Shown: in pieces, positions 31,360-41,637 of the stretch
How the letters are laid out: each line of letters starts with the position of its first letter
How positions within the stretch are numbered: position 1 is the stretch's first letter
Origin: an uncultured Gammaproteobacteria bacterium
GTDB taxonomy: Bacteria; Patescibacteriota; Patescibacteriia; SBBC01; CAIJZX01
Assembly (NCBI GenBank): GCA_964518425.1
Contig: CAZFGG010000002.1
Location: forward strand, 8,453 to 72,452
DNA: 64,000 nucleotides
Reading direction: 5' to 3'
Position numbers and translations under genes: made by a program
Notes under the pieces: model-generated
Seen by the model: only the letters and a program-made list of their open reading frames with translations
Database searches by the model: none
Told to the model about the DNA's origin: nothing

Positions 31360-32480
31360 ATAGGCGGCTGAGGATTCTGTTTCTTGCTGATGGCCGGAGC
31401 ATACATACCAAGCGATGGGTCGGATATTTTGCTCAACGGCACGATGTTCTGCTTCTCAGTTCTCCACCATTGGCGGGAATGACGTGGGATCGCCCCGATA
31501 TTCGACTCGCCCGAGGGTCCGAAGATAGCATCATCCCCAAAATTAACAGTCTACGGGTATGGTGGTATATCCAAAAACTCATCAGGTCATTTCGGCCAGA
31601 TCTCATTCACGCCCACTATCTTATTCCCAACGCCTGGCTTGCGGCGGCCAGCGGTTTTCGGCCATTCGTGACAACAACGTGGGGAAGTGATCTTCTGGGA
31701 GTAACTGGATTTGCTTTGTGGCTTAATCGCTGGGCGACATGTCGCGCCGACTTGAATACTGTCGATTCAAATGAAGCAGTGGAACACCTTCTCAAACTAC
31801 ACTGTGATCGAGATAAAATTGTGCTCATTCAATTTGGAGTAGATACAGACTTTTTTTGTCCTGGGCCAGTCGTACATAATCTACGCCGGGAATGGGGCAT
31901 TCCGGACGAAGCTGAAATTATTGTGAGCCCAAGAATACTCAGCCCTCTGTATAACGGTCAGACCATCGCCGAGGCTTTCTGCCGTTTGGCTAGTGAACGT
32001 TCAAAAGCATATCTGGTTTTCCTGGCTTATAACGCTGATCCCCAATACCAAAATCATGTGAAGGCCACGTTACAGACGAAGGGCCTTCTTGACCGCGTAC
32101 GTTTCGTTCCGGGTTTAGCTCATCAAGCAATGCCTGATCTTTATCGGACCGCCTCAGCCATTGTTTCGGTACCAAGTTCTGATACCACGCCCGTAACCTT
32201 ATTGGAGGCAATGGCTACTGGATCACCGGTTATTGTCAGTAGTTTGCCCAGCTTGCATGAATGGATACACGATCGTAAAAACGGTTGGATTGTGCCCCCG
32301 AAAAATTCGGCGGCGTTATTTATCGCTCTACGAGAAGCCCTCGATCAAAAGGTTTCCGAGCGCCAGGGTATGAGTACCGCCAATCGGCAAGTCGTTCAAG
32401 AACGCGCCAGCCAACAGGCGCAAATGGCTCTGATGGAAGCCCAGTATTATCGTTTAGTCGACCGTGCGCTAAAACGTTGA
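31356..32480 (+). CDS. Glycosyltransferase family 4
   Basis: SIHT.RW, HAH, WGSD, LLEAMATG. Confidence 0.88.
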   Translation: MNRRLRILFLADGRSIHTKRWVGYFAQRHDVLLLSSPPLAGMTWDRPDIRLARGSEDSIIPKINSLRVWWYIQKLIRSFRPDLIHAHYLIPNAWLAAASGFRPFVTTTWGSDLLGVTGFALWLNRWATCRADLNTVDSNEAVEHLLKLHCDRDKIVLIQFGVDTDFFCPGPVVHNLRREWGIPDEAEIIVSPRILSPLYNGQTIAEAFCRLASERSKAYLVFLAYNADPQYQNHVKATLQTKGLLDRVRFVPGLAHQAMPDLYRTASAIVSVPSSDTTPVTLLEAMATGSPVIVSSLPSLHEWIHDRKNGWIVPPKNSAALFIALREALDQKVSERQGMSTANRQVVQERASQQAQMALMEAQYYRLVDRALKR

Positions 32481-33667
32481 AGAGCTTCTTGATAGACACT
32501 GGAGTAGCGCTGGGCGATCGCCTGAGATGACAAGGCATCCGCTCCGACCCGCTGATTATGTGCCGAGAGCTTTCGCCGTACTTCAGGGTTATTCGCGATT
32601 TCTACAAAGCAGTCGGCCATTCCCGCGATATCGTTCGGAGGAAACCCAAGACCGCAGCCAATATCAAGATATTGGCTTTGACTGGGGTGAGTGGAGATAA
32701 TTAATGCTAGGCCACAGGCAACGGCCTGAGACATGCTAATCGTAGGAAATAACGGCCAGGTGGCTGCATCGCTGGCCGCAAAATATTCTGCTAAAGCCGC
32801 TTCCGTCGTTAGCGGCAGCCAGGTAATGTGGGATTCCAGCCCCATTCTGGCCGCGGTTTTTTGAAGATAGTGTAGGTACTGCTCCTGACCGCTACCGATA
32901 AGTAGTAACCGCAGTTGCGGGGCGCGAGCGACTGCAGAATGGAGACCACGAATGACGTCTACGTGACGTTTAAAGGGTTGTAAGTTCCCACTCATGACAA
33001 GCACTATGTCCTGGTCTGAAAAACCAAGCTCGGAACGGCGGCGAATTCGAGCGATTGGGTCTGGGTGAAAAATATCGGTTCGAACGGCCAGGGGGATAAC
33101 GGTTACGCGACTGGGATCAATTCCATGCCGCTGTGCTAAGAATCTAGCTCCTCCATTCGTCGGGCTGACAATAGCGTCGAACTGGCGATAAGCCAAATTC
33201 ACGATATGTTGTCTGACCAAACGATATTCCAATTCCACTAACGGTTTGCCAGTGAACGAAATTGTATACTGGTGTTGATCAATAACTACTGGGGTATGGG
33301 CACTGACTTCTATAGCTACTTGTGCCGGTAATCCATGGGCCGGTTCGTGGAGATGCCAGAGGTCAGCCGGGATTCGAGAAACGGCTTCGCGAACCCCTTG
33401 GCACCAATACAGATCGGCGTAGTGCCAGAGCGGTCGGAGACGCAAAATATGAAGGCCATCCAGATGCTGTTCCTCGCGGCGAAGTGCGTGGGCATGATCT
33501 CGAGTTGGATCAATTTTCTGAATCGCATCAACCCAGCTTGATGGTCCAATTTGCGCAGCTAAAATGGTCACCTCGTGCCCTTGAGCAACTTGGGCAGTAG
33601 CTAACATTTGTTCCTTATGGCTAAGACCGTAACCGAGAAACCCGCTGGTGACGTGGACGATGCGCAT
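32447..33667 (-). CDS. Glycosyltransferase family 4 (inverted in the locus)
   Basis: QGHEVT, GNLQPFKR, SMSQAVACG; start at ATG 33667. Confidence 0.8.
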   Translation of the reverse strand: MRIVHVTSGFLGYGLSHKEQMLATAQVAQGHEVTILAAQIGPSSWVDAIQKIDPTRDHAHALRREEQHLDGLHILRLRPLWHYADLYWCQGVREAVSRIPADLWHLHEPAHGLPAQVAIEVSAHTPVVIDQHQYTISFTGKPLVELEYRLVRQHIVNLAYRQFDAIVSPTNGGARFLAQRHGIDPSRVTVIPLAVRTDIFHPDPIARIRRRSELGFSDQDIVLVMSGNLQPFKRHVDVIRGLHSAVARAPQLRLLLIGSGQEQYLHYLQKTAARMGLESHITWLPLTTEAALAEYFAASDAATWPLFPTISMSQAVACGLALIISTHPSQSQYLDIGCGLGFPPNDIAGMADCFVEIANNPEVRRKLSAHNQRVGADALSSQAIAQRYSSVYQEALQRFSARSTKR

Positions 33668-33795
33668 GAATTTCAAAAGTGAAAGAAAATTCCCGGGCAG
33701 TATAGCGCTTTATCCTTCTCGGGTAAAGTCCTTATAGAGTGGTTGACGAAAATGCTACATGTCTGTAGTATGTCAGAGGCTATCAAACTTTTGAC

Positions 33796-34662
33796 ATGAC
33801 CATGGAAACCATTTCTTGTAATTACTGTGGCAGCCCCGAGGCAGAGGTACTCGCCACCGAAACCGCCGCTCTCAATCTCCAACCCCCTTTCGCCGTTGTG
33901 CGTTGTCGACGCTGCGGTTTGATGTTTATGAACCCGCGTATGACTTCTGAAGAGTATAAACACTATTACTCATCTCAGTATTTTGAAGATGAGTTTGATT
34001 ACGGCGATATTGTCCAGGGTGAGCGAATTCCTAAATTTTCCCGACGACTACAACAAATGGCCAAGTGGAAACCAGGACGTGGAAAATTACTCGACGTTGG
34101 AACGGCGACTGGTGAGTTTCTTGATCAAGCTCGTCGAGACGGTTGGCAAGTTTTTGGCACAGAGGTATCAGAATATGCTGCGGGTGTGGCCAAAAATAAG
34201 TTTCAGTTAGATTTGTATGTCGGCCAAGTTGAACATTCTTCTTATGCTGAAAAATCTTTCGATATTATTCACATGAGTCATGTTCTCGAGCATGTGCCAG
34301 ATCCACGAGCGACGCTCAAGGCTTTATACCGACTGTTAAAAGATGATGGCTTGTTGATCATAGAAGTGCCGTTTGAATTGCATAACAGTTTTGTATGGAT
34401 GGCCCAGCATACCGGACGTTTTCGTCCGCCTCAGCACGCATCAATGCACCACACATACTTCTATACCCCTCAGAGCTTAAAAAAATTGATGGTGGCCGAA
34501 CATTTTTCTCCTCGGATTCGGACATATTCATTAGATATTCCATCCCGAGCTCTACCAGCTTGGACTCGGTTGGGCACTGGGTTGGTCATTGATATAGTTG
34601 ATCATCTTGGCGGTGGATTATATATTGAAACTTTAGCGACCAAGGTTCATCAAGCGAAATAG
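33796..34662 (+). CDS. Class I SAM methyltransferase with N-terminal Zn ribbon
   Basis: CNYC..CRRC, LLDVGTATG, HVLEHVPDP. Confidence 0.88.
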   Translation: MTMETISCNYCGSPEAEVLATETAALNLQPPFAVVRCRRCGLMFMNPRMTSEEYKHYYSSQYFEDEFDYGDIVQGERIPKFSRRLQQMAKWKPGRGKLLDVGTATGEFLDQARRDGWQVFGTEVSEYAAGVAKNKFQLDLYVGQVEHSSYAEKSFDIIHMSHVLEHVPDPRATLKALYRLLKDDGLLIIEVPFELHNSFVWMAQHTGRFRPPQHASMHHTYFYTPQSLKKLMVAEHFSPRIRTYSLDIPSRALPAWTRLGTGLVIDIVDHLGGGLYIETLATKVHQAK

Positions 34663-34664
34663 CC

Positions 34665-36527
34665 ATGTGTGGCATCTGCGGTATCGTCGGTCTGAAAGAC
34701 AGCACGATTGATCGCAATGTTTTAGGACGGATGTCACAAGCCATCGCCCACCGCGGTCCAGATGACCAGGGCGAGTTTGTCGCGCCTGGAATCGGTTTAG
34801 GGTTTCGCCGCCTAGCTATTTTAGATCTGTCGCCATCAGGACATCAACCGATGACCAACCCTAAGCAGACTGTTTGGGTGACGCTGAATGGTGAAATTTA
34901 CAACTTTCAAGAACTGCGCGAAGATTTGAAGCAACGCGGCTATTCCTTTCGATCGGGATCCGACACGGAAGTCATTGTCCATGGTTATGAAGCTGAAGGG
35001 GAAAAATTTATTGAGCGATTAGCTGGAATGTTTGCCCTGGCGATTTGGGATGTCCGGCAACAACGACTGGTCTTAGCGCGAGATCGTTTTGGAAAAAAAC
35101 CAATTATGTATGCGGTTCGTGACGAAAAGTTATTCTACGCATCAGAATTGGAAGCACTACGCAAAGGACTTCCTGATTTGTCGATTGATCCGTTGGCTGT
35201 TCAAGAATATTTCCGCTTCGGATTCATCCCCCATCCGCGGACAATTTACCAAGGCGTTTCCCAGTTGCCTCCAGCGCACTTGGTCATCTGGCAGGGTGGG
35301 CAATTGTCCATCAAGCCGTATTGGAAGTTGTCAATGGAGAAACAAGAACGTAGTGAGACGGAAGCAAAATCCGAATTGGATCGCTTGCTACGCCAGGCTG
35401 TTCGCCAACGTATGATCAGTGACGTCCCGCTTGGCGTTTTCTTAAGCGGCGGACTTGATTCGTCGATTATCACGGCTCTCATGGCCAATGAATCTTCTTC
35501 CCCGGTCAAAACATTTTCCATTGGATTCCCTGACGAAAGCCACAATGAACTGCCATTGGCGCGCTTGGTGGCAAAAAAATATGGGACTGATCACCATGAA
35601 TTCATGGTCGAGCCAAAAGTTGATGATGTCTTGCCAGGCTTGATGCGGCACTTCGGGCAACCATTCGCTGATTCTTCAGCCGTGGCGGTCTGGTACGTCG
35701 CTCGCGAAACACGGCAACATGTGACCGTGGCCCTCAACGGCGACGGCGGGGATGAAAACTTTGCCGGCTACGAAAAGTATGCTTTGCTGAGCCAGTTACA
35801 AAAATGGGGTGTGCTGCCGAAACCCATCCGCCAAGCCCTTTGGTCGGTGGCTCGGCCATTACTTGAAAGAACTAACATTCAGGCGGCCCACAAATTCCAA
35901 GTCGCCGGACAATTCTTCGCCGATGACCTAGTCGGGCGCTACATCGACAGCATGTTTATGTTTACCTCCAGCGAATTATCTAACTTATTACCGTTGGCTT
36001 TGCCAAATCGTGCGAATCAACTCGTTGAAGACCGATTGCGAGGATTGCCTTCCGACGCCAGCTTGATCGACAACGTTACTGCCCTCGATCTGCGTTTCTA
36101 CTTACCCGATGGTTTGATGACGAAAGCAGACATTGCTACGATGGCCAATTCACTCGAAGGCCGTTCGCCCTTCCTCGACCACCGTTTGGTTGAATTCACG
36201 GCCACCTTGCAGGATAATTTCAAAATCCGTGCTGGCCAACGGAAGTGGCTACTGCGTGAAACTTTTGGCCATCTCTTGCCGTCTGAACTACTAACCGCTA
36301 AGAAGCGCGGATTTGATTTACCAGTCAACCAATGGCTGAAGCAACCATTGTTACCCTACCTCCGATCTCGACTCAACGACCCACAGCTCCGTCAAACGAC
36401 CATGTTCAATTGGACGTACATCGACCGCCTGATCGATGAACATGCTTCCGGGCGGCGCCATCACGGCATTCGTCTATGGTCGCTTCTCTGCTTTGCCGTT
36501 TGGTACACTGACGTCTACCAATCATGA
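34665..36527 (+). CDS. asnB: Asparagine synthase-family glutamine amidotransferase (glycan-associated)
   Basis: MCGICG, HRGPD, NGEIYN, LSGGLDSS, GDGGDE. Confidence 0.92.
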   Translation: MCGICGIVGLKDSTIDRNVLGRMSQAIAHRGPDDQGEFVAPGIGLGFRRLAILDLSPSGHQPMTNPKQTVWVTLNGEIYNFQELREDLKQRGYSFRSGSDTEVIVHGYEAEGEKFIERLAGMFALAIWDVRQQRLVLARDRFGKKPIMYAVRDEKLFYASELEALRKGLPDLSIDPLAVQEYFRFGFIPHPRTIYQGVSQLPPAHLVIWQGGQLSIKPYWKLSMEKQERSETEAKSELDRLLRQAVRQRMISDVPLGVFLSGGLDSSIITALMANESSSPVKTFSIGFPDESHNELPLARLVAKKYGTDHHEFMVEPKVDDVLPGLMRHFGQPFADSSAVAVWYVARETRQHVTVALNGDGGDENFAGYEKYALLSQLQKWGVLPKPIRQALWSVARPLLERTNIQAAHKFQVAGQFFADDLVGRYIDSMFMFTSSELSNLLPLALPNRANQLVEDRLRGLPSDASLIDNVTALDLRFYLPDGLMTKADIATMANSLEGRSPFLDHRLVEFTATLQDNFKIRAGQRKWLLRETFGHLLPSELLTAKKRGFDLPVNQWLKQPLLPYLRSRLNDPQLRQTTMFNWTYIDRLIDEHASGRRHHGIRLWSLLCFAVWYTDVYQS

Positions 36528-37726
36528 AAGCGCCACGGATTGCCATGCTGATTGAGCGGTACACTCCGCTGATCGGCGGATCGGAGACGCAATGCCGTTT
36601 ACTCGTTCAAGCTCTTCACCGAGCCAATGTCTCGGTTTGTGTCATCACTCGACGGGTTCGCGCTGACACAAAATCTCATGAACAACTTGATGGCGTTGAT
36701 GTTTACCGGCTTTGGCCTAGCGGCGTTGGTCGCGTTTGGAAAGAGCTTGGTTTTTTACTTTCCGTCACCGTCGCGCTCATCCGTTTCCGCTATCGTTATG
36801 ACATCATTCACATGCACAGCGGCACGTCGATTGTCGGCGCATGGACGGTCATTCTAGCAAAGCTTCTCAGAAAGAAGACTATAGTTAAAGTCGCGACCGC
36901 TGGCGATATTGCCAAGAATCAAATTGAAACAACCGCACAGTCGACAAGCCGCCCGTCATTATTCCATCGACTCATGAACCTCAACATAAACTGGGCCCTC
37001 CGCCGGGCTGATCAAATTTTGTGCATTAGTCAGGAGATACGCGCCGAGTTACTGACCCACCACTTCTCATCCGAGCAACTGCTTGTACTGCCCAATGCAA
37101 TTGACACCGAGCACTTTCGGCCCGGAGGCAATCGTCAGGCATTGCGACAGCAGCTAGGTTTGCCGGCCGAAAAAAAGTTTGTCCTTTATACTGGGCGCTT
37201 GATCCACCGCAAAGGCGTTGACGTTTTACTCAAGGCGTGGGACACTATGCCCGATCTATGGGCCGATGCCCGGTTGATTCTAGTTGGCGGACAAGCTGCT
37301 AGCCTCGATGCAGTTGAGAGCGACTTGCGCCTCTATGTTCAGCAAAACGGCCTGAGTCAAAGCGTGGTATTCGCCGGTGAGACAACCGATACCCTGTCCT
37401 ACCTACAAGCCTCGGATATCTTCGTCTTTCCCTCCCGTCGCGAAGGTTTATCCAACTCCTTACTGGAGGCCATGAGCGCCGGCCTGCCGTCGGTGGTCAC
37501 ATCTATTGGTGGAAATATTGACCTTATTATCGATCGACAGAACGGCTTGCTTGTCCCTAGCGACAATGCTGAAGCCCTGGCCGACGCGCTACGACGCCTA
37601 CTAACTGATCAGCCTATGGCGGCCAAGCTTGGACTAGCCGCCCGCCAAACAATGGTCAACACTTTTTCTCTCAGCCGCATCTTGCCTCAACTACAATCCA
37701 TCTACGCCTCACTTCTGCATGAATAA
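36524..37726 (+). CDS. Glycosyltransferase family 4
   Basis: GGSE, GRL..RKG, PSRREGLSNSLLEAM. Confidence 0.92.
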   Translation: MKAPRIAMLIERYTPLIGGSETQCRLLVQALHRANVSVCVITRRVRADTKSHEQLDGVDVYRLWPSGVGRVWKELGFLLSVTVALIRFRYRYDIIHMHSGTSIVGAWTVILAKLLRKKTIVKVATAGDIAKNQIETTAQSTSRPSLFHRLMNLNINWALRRADQILCISQEIRAELLTHHFSSEQLLVLPNAIDTEHFRPGGNRQALRQQLGLPAEKKFVLYTGRLIHRKGVDVLLKAWDTMPDLWADARLILVGGQAASLDAVESDLRLYVQQNGLSQSVVFAGETTDTLSYLQASDIFVFPSRREGLSNSLLEAMSAGLPSVVTSIGGNIDLIIDRQNGLLVPSDNAEALADALRRLLTDQPMAAKLGLAARQTMVNTFSLSRILPQLQSIYASLLHE

Positions 37727-39851
37727 ACTGATTCTCATTACTGGCGGTGCCGGTTTCATCGGGTCGCACCTGACTGATCGACTGATCGAAAGTGGTTATC
37801 GCGTTCGAGTTTTTGATAACCTTGACCCGCAAATTCACCCAGAAGGAAAGCCTGACTATCTTAACCCCGCGGCGGAATTTGTTTTAGGCGACGTGCGCGA
37901 TCGGGATGCGTTGAAAAAAGCTATGGAGGGCATTGACGGAATCTTTCACTTTGCGGCTGCCGTCGGCACCGGCCAATCAATGTACCAAATCGAAAAGTAC
38001 GCTAGCATCAACATTGGGGGGTTATCGAATGTTCTAGATATCCTCGTTGAAACCGGACAGAAACCAAAGATTATTTTCCCTGGCAGCGCCACGAGTTATG
38101 GGGAATGCGCTCACAGCTGTCCAGAACATGGATTGCAGTTCCCTGAACTTCGTCCGATTAGCCAACTTGAGCGCCGCGATTGGGACGTCCACTGTTCAGC
38201 GTGCGGCCGGGTCATGACCCCAGTGCCGATCCCTGAACATCAGCCACTTCGGCCAAAATTTGTTTACGGCATTAATAAGAAAGGTTGCGAGGAACTGCTC
38301 AATGCGGTGGCCGACACCTACACTATCCCATACACCATTCTACGTTTTTTTAATGTCTACGGACCCCGGCAATCGCTGTCCAACCCGTACACCGGTGTCA
38401 TCGCAATTTTTTCTTCCCGCTTAAAAAACGGCGGGGTACCGTTGGTGATCGAAGATGGCCATGAATCGCGCGACTTCATTTCGGTTTTTGATATCGTTGA
38501 AGCTTGCGTTTTATCATTGGAAAATTATAGAGCGAACGGCAAAACATACAACGTCGGCACCGGCCAGCCAGTGGAAATTTTGTCGATGGCGAAGCTCTTG
38601 GTCAAGCTCCACGGCTTGACTATCGAACCAGTGGTCAACGGCGAATTTCGAAAAAATGATTTCCGTCACAGCTTAGCCGATATTTCGGCGATCAGAAACG
38701 ATCTTGGATTCCATCCGAAAATTGATTTCGCCCGGGGCATGGAAGAGCTTTACTCTTGGTCAAAAGACCAGCAATCGACGGATACTTTCAACAAGGCTTA
38801 CGAAGAGATGAAAGAGCGCGGCATTATGTCAAAGCCGGCGGAGCAACCACTGATTGCGGTCGTCACTTTGAATTGGAATGGCTTCAATAAAACCGTCGAG
38901 TGCGTTAAGGCATTGCATGCTTCCGATTACACCCGCCTCAAAATTTTTGTGGTCGATAATGGCTCGAATAATAACGAAGCCGAGCGACTACAAACTCTGT
39001 TCGGCGGCCGGATTGAAGTCATACCAACCGGTAAAAACCTTGGCGTCGCTGGCGGAAATAATGTCGGTTTGAAAAAGGCCTTGGCCGATAAGGACGTGAA
39101 ATACGTCATCATGATGAATAATGACCTGGTAGTTGAGCCGCAAACTGTCCGTCAATTAGCCGCGCCGGCCGAAGTCAATGACAAAATCGGCATGGTTGCC
39201 TCGCGCATGATGAACTATTATCAGCGCAATCTGATCGATAATCTTGGCATCGCGGTCACCACCTCCGGCCTCGGGTACAATCGCAAAAGTGAGTGGTATC
39301 CCCTCTTCTGCCCTTGCTCGGGCTGTGGTTTATACCGGGCTGACGCTTTGCGAAAAATCGCTATGCCTGATGACACGATTTGGGATAATGATTTCTTTGC
39401 CTACGTCGATGAGGTTGACGTCGGTTTTCGCCTACGTCTTCACGGCTACTCAGCCGCCTATAGTTCCGAGGGTGTAGCCTATCACATGGAGGGCGCGACC
39501 TCCGGCGGCGCTACCTCGCCGTTCTCGATTTATCATGGCCATCGGAATAATGTTTGGCTCATTGTTAAAGATTTTCCAACCGCGCTGCTCTGGCGACATA
39601 TCGGCGGTATCTTGGCCACACAATTTGGAACGTTTTTTCTCTATGCCCGTCGCAGAAAATTGGCCTTGATTATTAAAACCAAATTGGACGCTCTTCGAAA
39701 GTTGCCGGTCATGTTGAAGCGCCGATCATATATTCAGCGCTCGAGTATTAGACTGAGTGATCTCGAGTCCGTCATGGTCCAAAAAGTATACCTTTCACCA
39801 GCCGACATGGTTGGACCCCAATCTACCGCAGTTGAAAAAAAAAACTCTTGA
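37719..39851 (+). CDS. Fusion: NAD-dependent epimerase/dehydratase + GT2 glycosyltransferase
   Basis: TGGAGFIGSH, YGINK, NVYGP in the N-half; LNWN, VVDNGS, MNND, FFAYVDEVD in the C-half. Confidence 0.88.
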   Translation: MNKLILITGGAGFIGSHLTDRLIESGYRVRVFDNLDPQIHPEGKPDYLNPAAEFVLGDVRDRDALKKAMEGIDGIFHFAAAVGTGQSMYQIEKYASINIGGLSNVLDILVETGQKPKIIFPGSATSYGECAHSCPEHGLQFPELRPISQLERRDWDVHCSACGRVMTPVPIPEHQPLRPKFVYGINKKGCEELLNAVADTYTIPYTILRFFNVYGPRQSLSNPYTGVIAIFSSRLKNGGVPLVIEDGHESRDFISVFDIVEACVLSLENYRANGKTYNVGTGQPVEILSMAKLLVKLHGLTIEPVVNGEFRKNDFRHSLADISAIRNDLGFHPKIDFARGMEELYSWSKDQQSTDTFNKAYEEMKERGIMSKPAEQPLIAVVTLNWNGFNKTVECVKALHASDYTRLKIFVVDNGSNNNEAERLQTLFGGRIEVIPTGKNLGVAGGNNVGLKKALADKDVKYVIMMNNDLVVEPQTVRQLAAPAEVNDKIGMVASRMMNYYQRNLIDNLGIAVTTSGLGYNRKSEWYPLFCPCSGCGLYRADALRKIAMPDDTIWDNDFFAYVDEVDVGFRLRLHGYSAAYSSEGVAYHMEGATSGGATSPFSIYHGHRNNVWLIVKDFPTALLWRHIGGILATQFGTFFLYARRRKLALIIKTKLDALRKLPVMLKRRSYIQRSSIRLSDLESVMVQKVYLSPADMVGPQSTAVEKKNS

Positions 39852-39854
39852 CGA

Positions 39855-40142
39855 TTACAGCCGACGCGACCGACCAAGAACGTACCCTATAGCTCGTTCA
39901 GTTTCCCAATAGAGTAGCGCCCAATATCCAACCTGCAGGGGAAAACCAACCATGATAGACAAAAGAATTTGGTGATCGGTAGAGAGGTGTGCCTCTTGGG
40001 CAACGGCGATTGCACCAAGCATCGGCCAAAAAATCAACCATTTGGCCCAGCCGAGATGGTCAATTGAGTGATCGATCATGACAAAAGCAACGACCCCAAT
40101 GAGTGCCAGGAATTTACTTGGTTGGTGACTAAAGGACTTCAT
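39855..40142 (-). CDS. Small membrane protein
   Basis: 95 aa, 3 hydrophobic segments, overlaps the upstream gene end. Confidence 0.5.
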   Translation of the reverse strand: MKSFSHQPSKFLALIGVVAFVMIDHSIDHLGWAKWLIFWPMLGAIAVAQEAHLSTDHQILLSIMVGFPLQVGYWALLYWETERAIGYVLGRSRRL

Positions 40143-41637
40143 AGAGTGTAGCGCCTTGGATTTTTTTAACTAGCCGAAAAAACTTTGGTTGATTGAAGGG
40201 CCCTGGATCCAGTCCGATAACATCTTTCGTGGTGCCGTTCGTTTGCCGATCAACGTCGCCCCAATAGACATATTGAATACCATATTTATGACTTAAGGCG
40301 TTGCGTCGGGCAGGGTCAGGCGTTGTGAAAATTTCTAATTTCTCCCCAGCCAAATCTTCGAATCGGTTTTTGGTTACGACGGGGATAAAGTACCCAAATT
40401 TTGACGGCCCAGCGATAATAGTTCCCGCCGGAAGCCTGGTTGACCAAGCAAAAAGCGCGATGTCGGCAGGCGGGATTTGCGTCGCATACAATCCGGGACA
40501 ATTACGAATGTAACATGCTCGTAGCCCATTTTGGTTTTTCAACAACACGGGCAAATAGATAGCCAAAACCATAGTTACAAAAATCAACTTCAGTAATTTC
40601 CATCTAAGCAGCGAGACGGTCTGAGTTAGTCCAAAACCAAAAATAATAATAACCGGGACGATAACAAATTCATTGAAACGATAGGGATAAAACGCGGCAC
40701 CAAAGGTTGTGCTTTGGGATAGAAGGTAAGAAACAAAAAACCAGGAAATGATGATCATCTGCCGCTGATAAAGTACAACCCACGCTCCTAAACACATCAA
40801 TATGAAGAAAGGAACTGTCTGAGGGGAAAATACGATGATCGATTCCAAAGAAAAGTGTAGTGGCTCGACTCCGAACCGTGGAAGTAATCCTGTTGAAGCA
40901 GGGGTCAAGCGAAGATAGAGAAGGGCTAAGACAAAATAGATGATATAGGCAATCGGAATCAAAACTTTTTTTTGATCGGACAACTCACCATATAAGGTTT
41001 TCGTGACAACCACTAAGGTCGTCAACAACATGACCAAAAAAGAGAGAACGTGAGTGAAAAAAAGAAGAATGATCGTCAGTGCTACCAAAACTATTTTTCT
41101 TTTTTGGTGGCTACGGCGATAATCCTCAAGGGCTAAGAAGCCAAGGGCCATAATACCCAGGGCGAATGACTGAGCGACATGGCCGGTCCAATATGAGTTT
41201 CCAAACCAGAAAGATACATAGAGCACAATTAAAGTTGCGAAACAAACAAATAATGAAGGCATTAATCGCCTCAAGAGGAAATAGACAGGCACGGCTGAGA
41301 GAAGGTAAACGATCAAAAAAAACCATTTAGCTATTTGCAAGTTATCTTGCCAGGTCGGCACGAATAGATATATTGCCGCTAAAGTAAAATGGGGGATAAA
41401 TTCACCTGAAATAATACTGCCATAAATCTTTGCACCGCTAGATGGATTTAAGGGCGAGAGTGGGTTGATGTGCCTCGTGACGGCGATAGTTTTAGCTTTG
41501 ATGAGCGTCATCGCCGTATCACAACAGACCGGATACTGGTAGTCCCGACTATAATAAAGACCTAGAGAAAGTAAAACAACTAGTAACAAGAAGATTTCGA
41601 TTATCCAGGTCCACCGATGGGAGAAAGGCGACGTCAT
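40129..41637 (-). CDS. Multi-pass membrane protein, GT-C/oligosaccharyltransferase- or polymerase-like
   Basis: First-loop Asp (VCCD), many TM helices, soluble C-terminal domain with KYGIQYVYW. Confidence 0.6.
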   Translation of the reverse strand: MTSPFSHRWTWIIEIFLLLVVLLSLGLYYSRDYQYPVCCDTAMTLIKAKTIAVTRHINPLSPLNPSSGAKIYGSIISGEFIPHFTLAAIYLFVPTWQDNLQIAKWFFLIVYLLSAVPVYFLLRRLMPSLFVCFATLIVLYVSFWFGNSYWTGHVAQSFALGIMALGFLALEDYRRSHQKRKIVLVALTIILLFFTHVLSFLVMLLTTLVVVTKTLYGELSDQKKVLIPIAYIIYFVLALLYLRLTPASTGLLPRFGVEPLHFSLESIIVFSPQTVPFFILMCLGAWVVLYQRQMIIISWFFVSYLLSQSTTFGAAFYPYRFNEFVIVPVIIIFGFGLTQTVSLLRWKLLKLIFVTMVLAIYLPVLLKNQNGLRACYIRNCPGLYATQIPPADIALFAWSTRLPAGTIIAGPSKFGYFIPVVTKNRFEDLAGEKLEIFTTPDPARRNALSHKYGIQYVYWGDVDRQTNGTTKDVIGLDPGPFNQPKFFRLVKKIQGATLYEVL

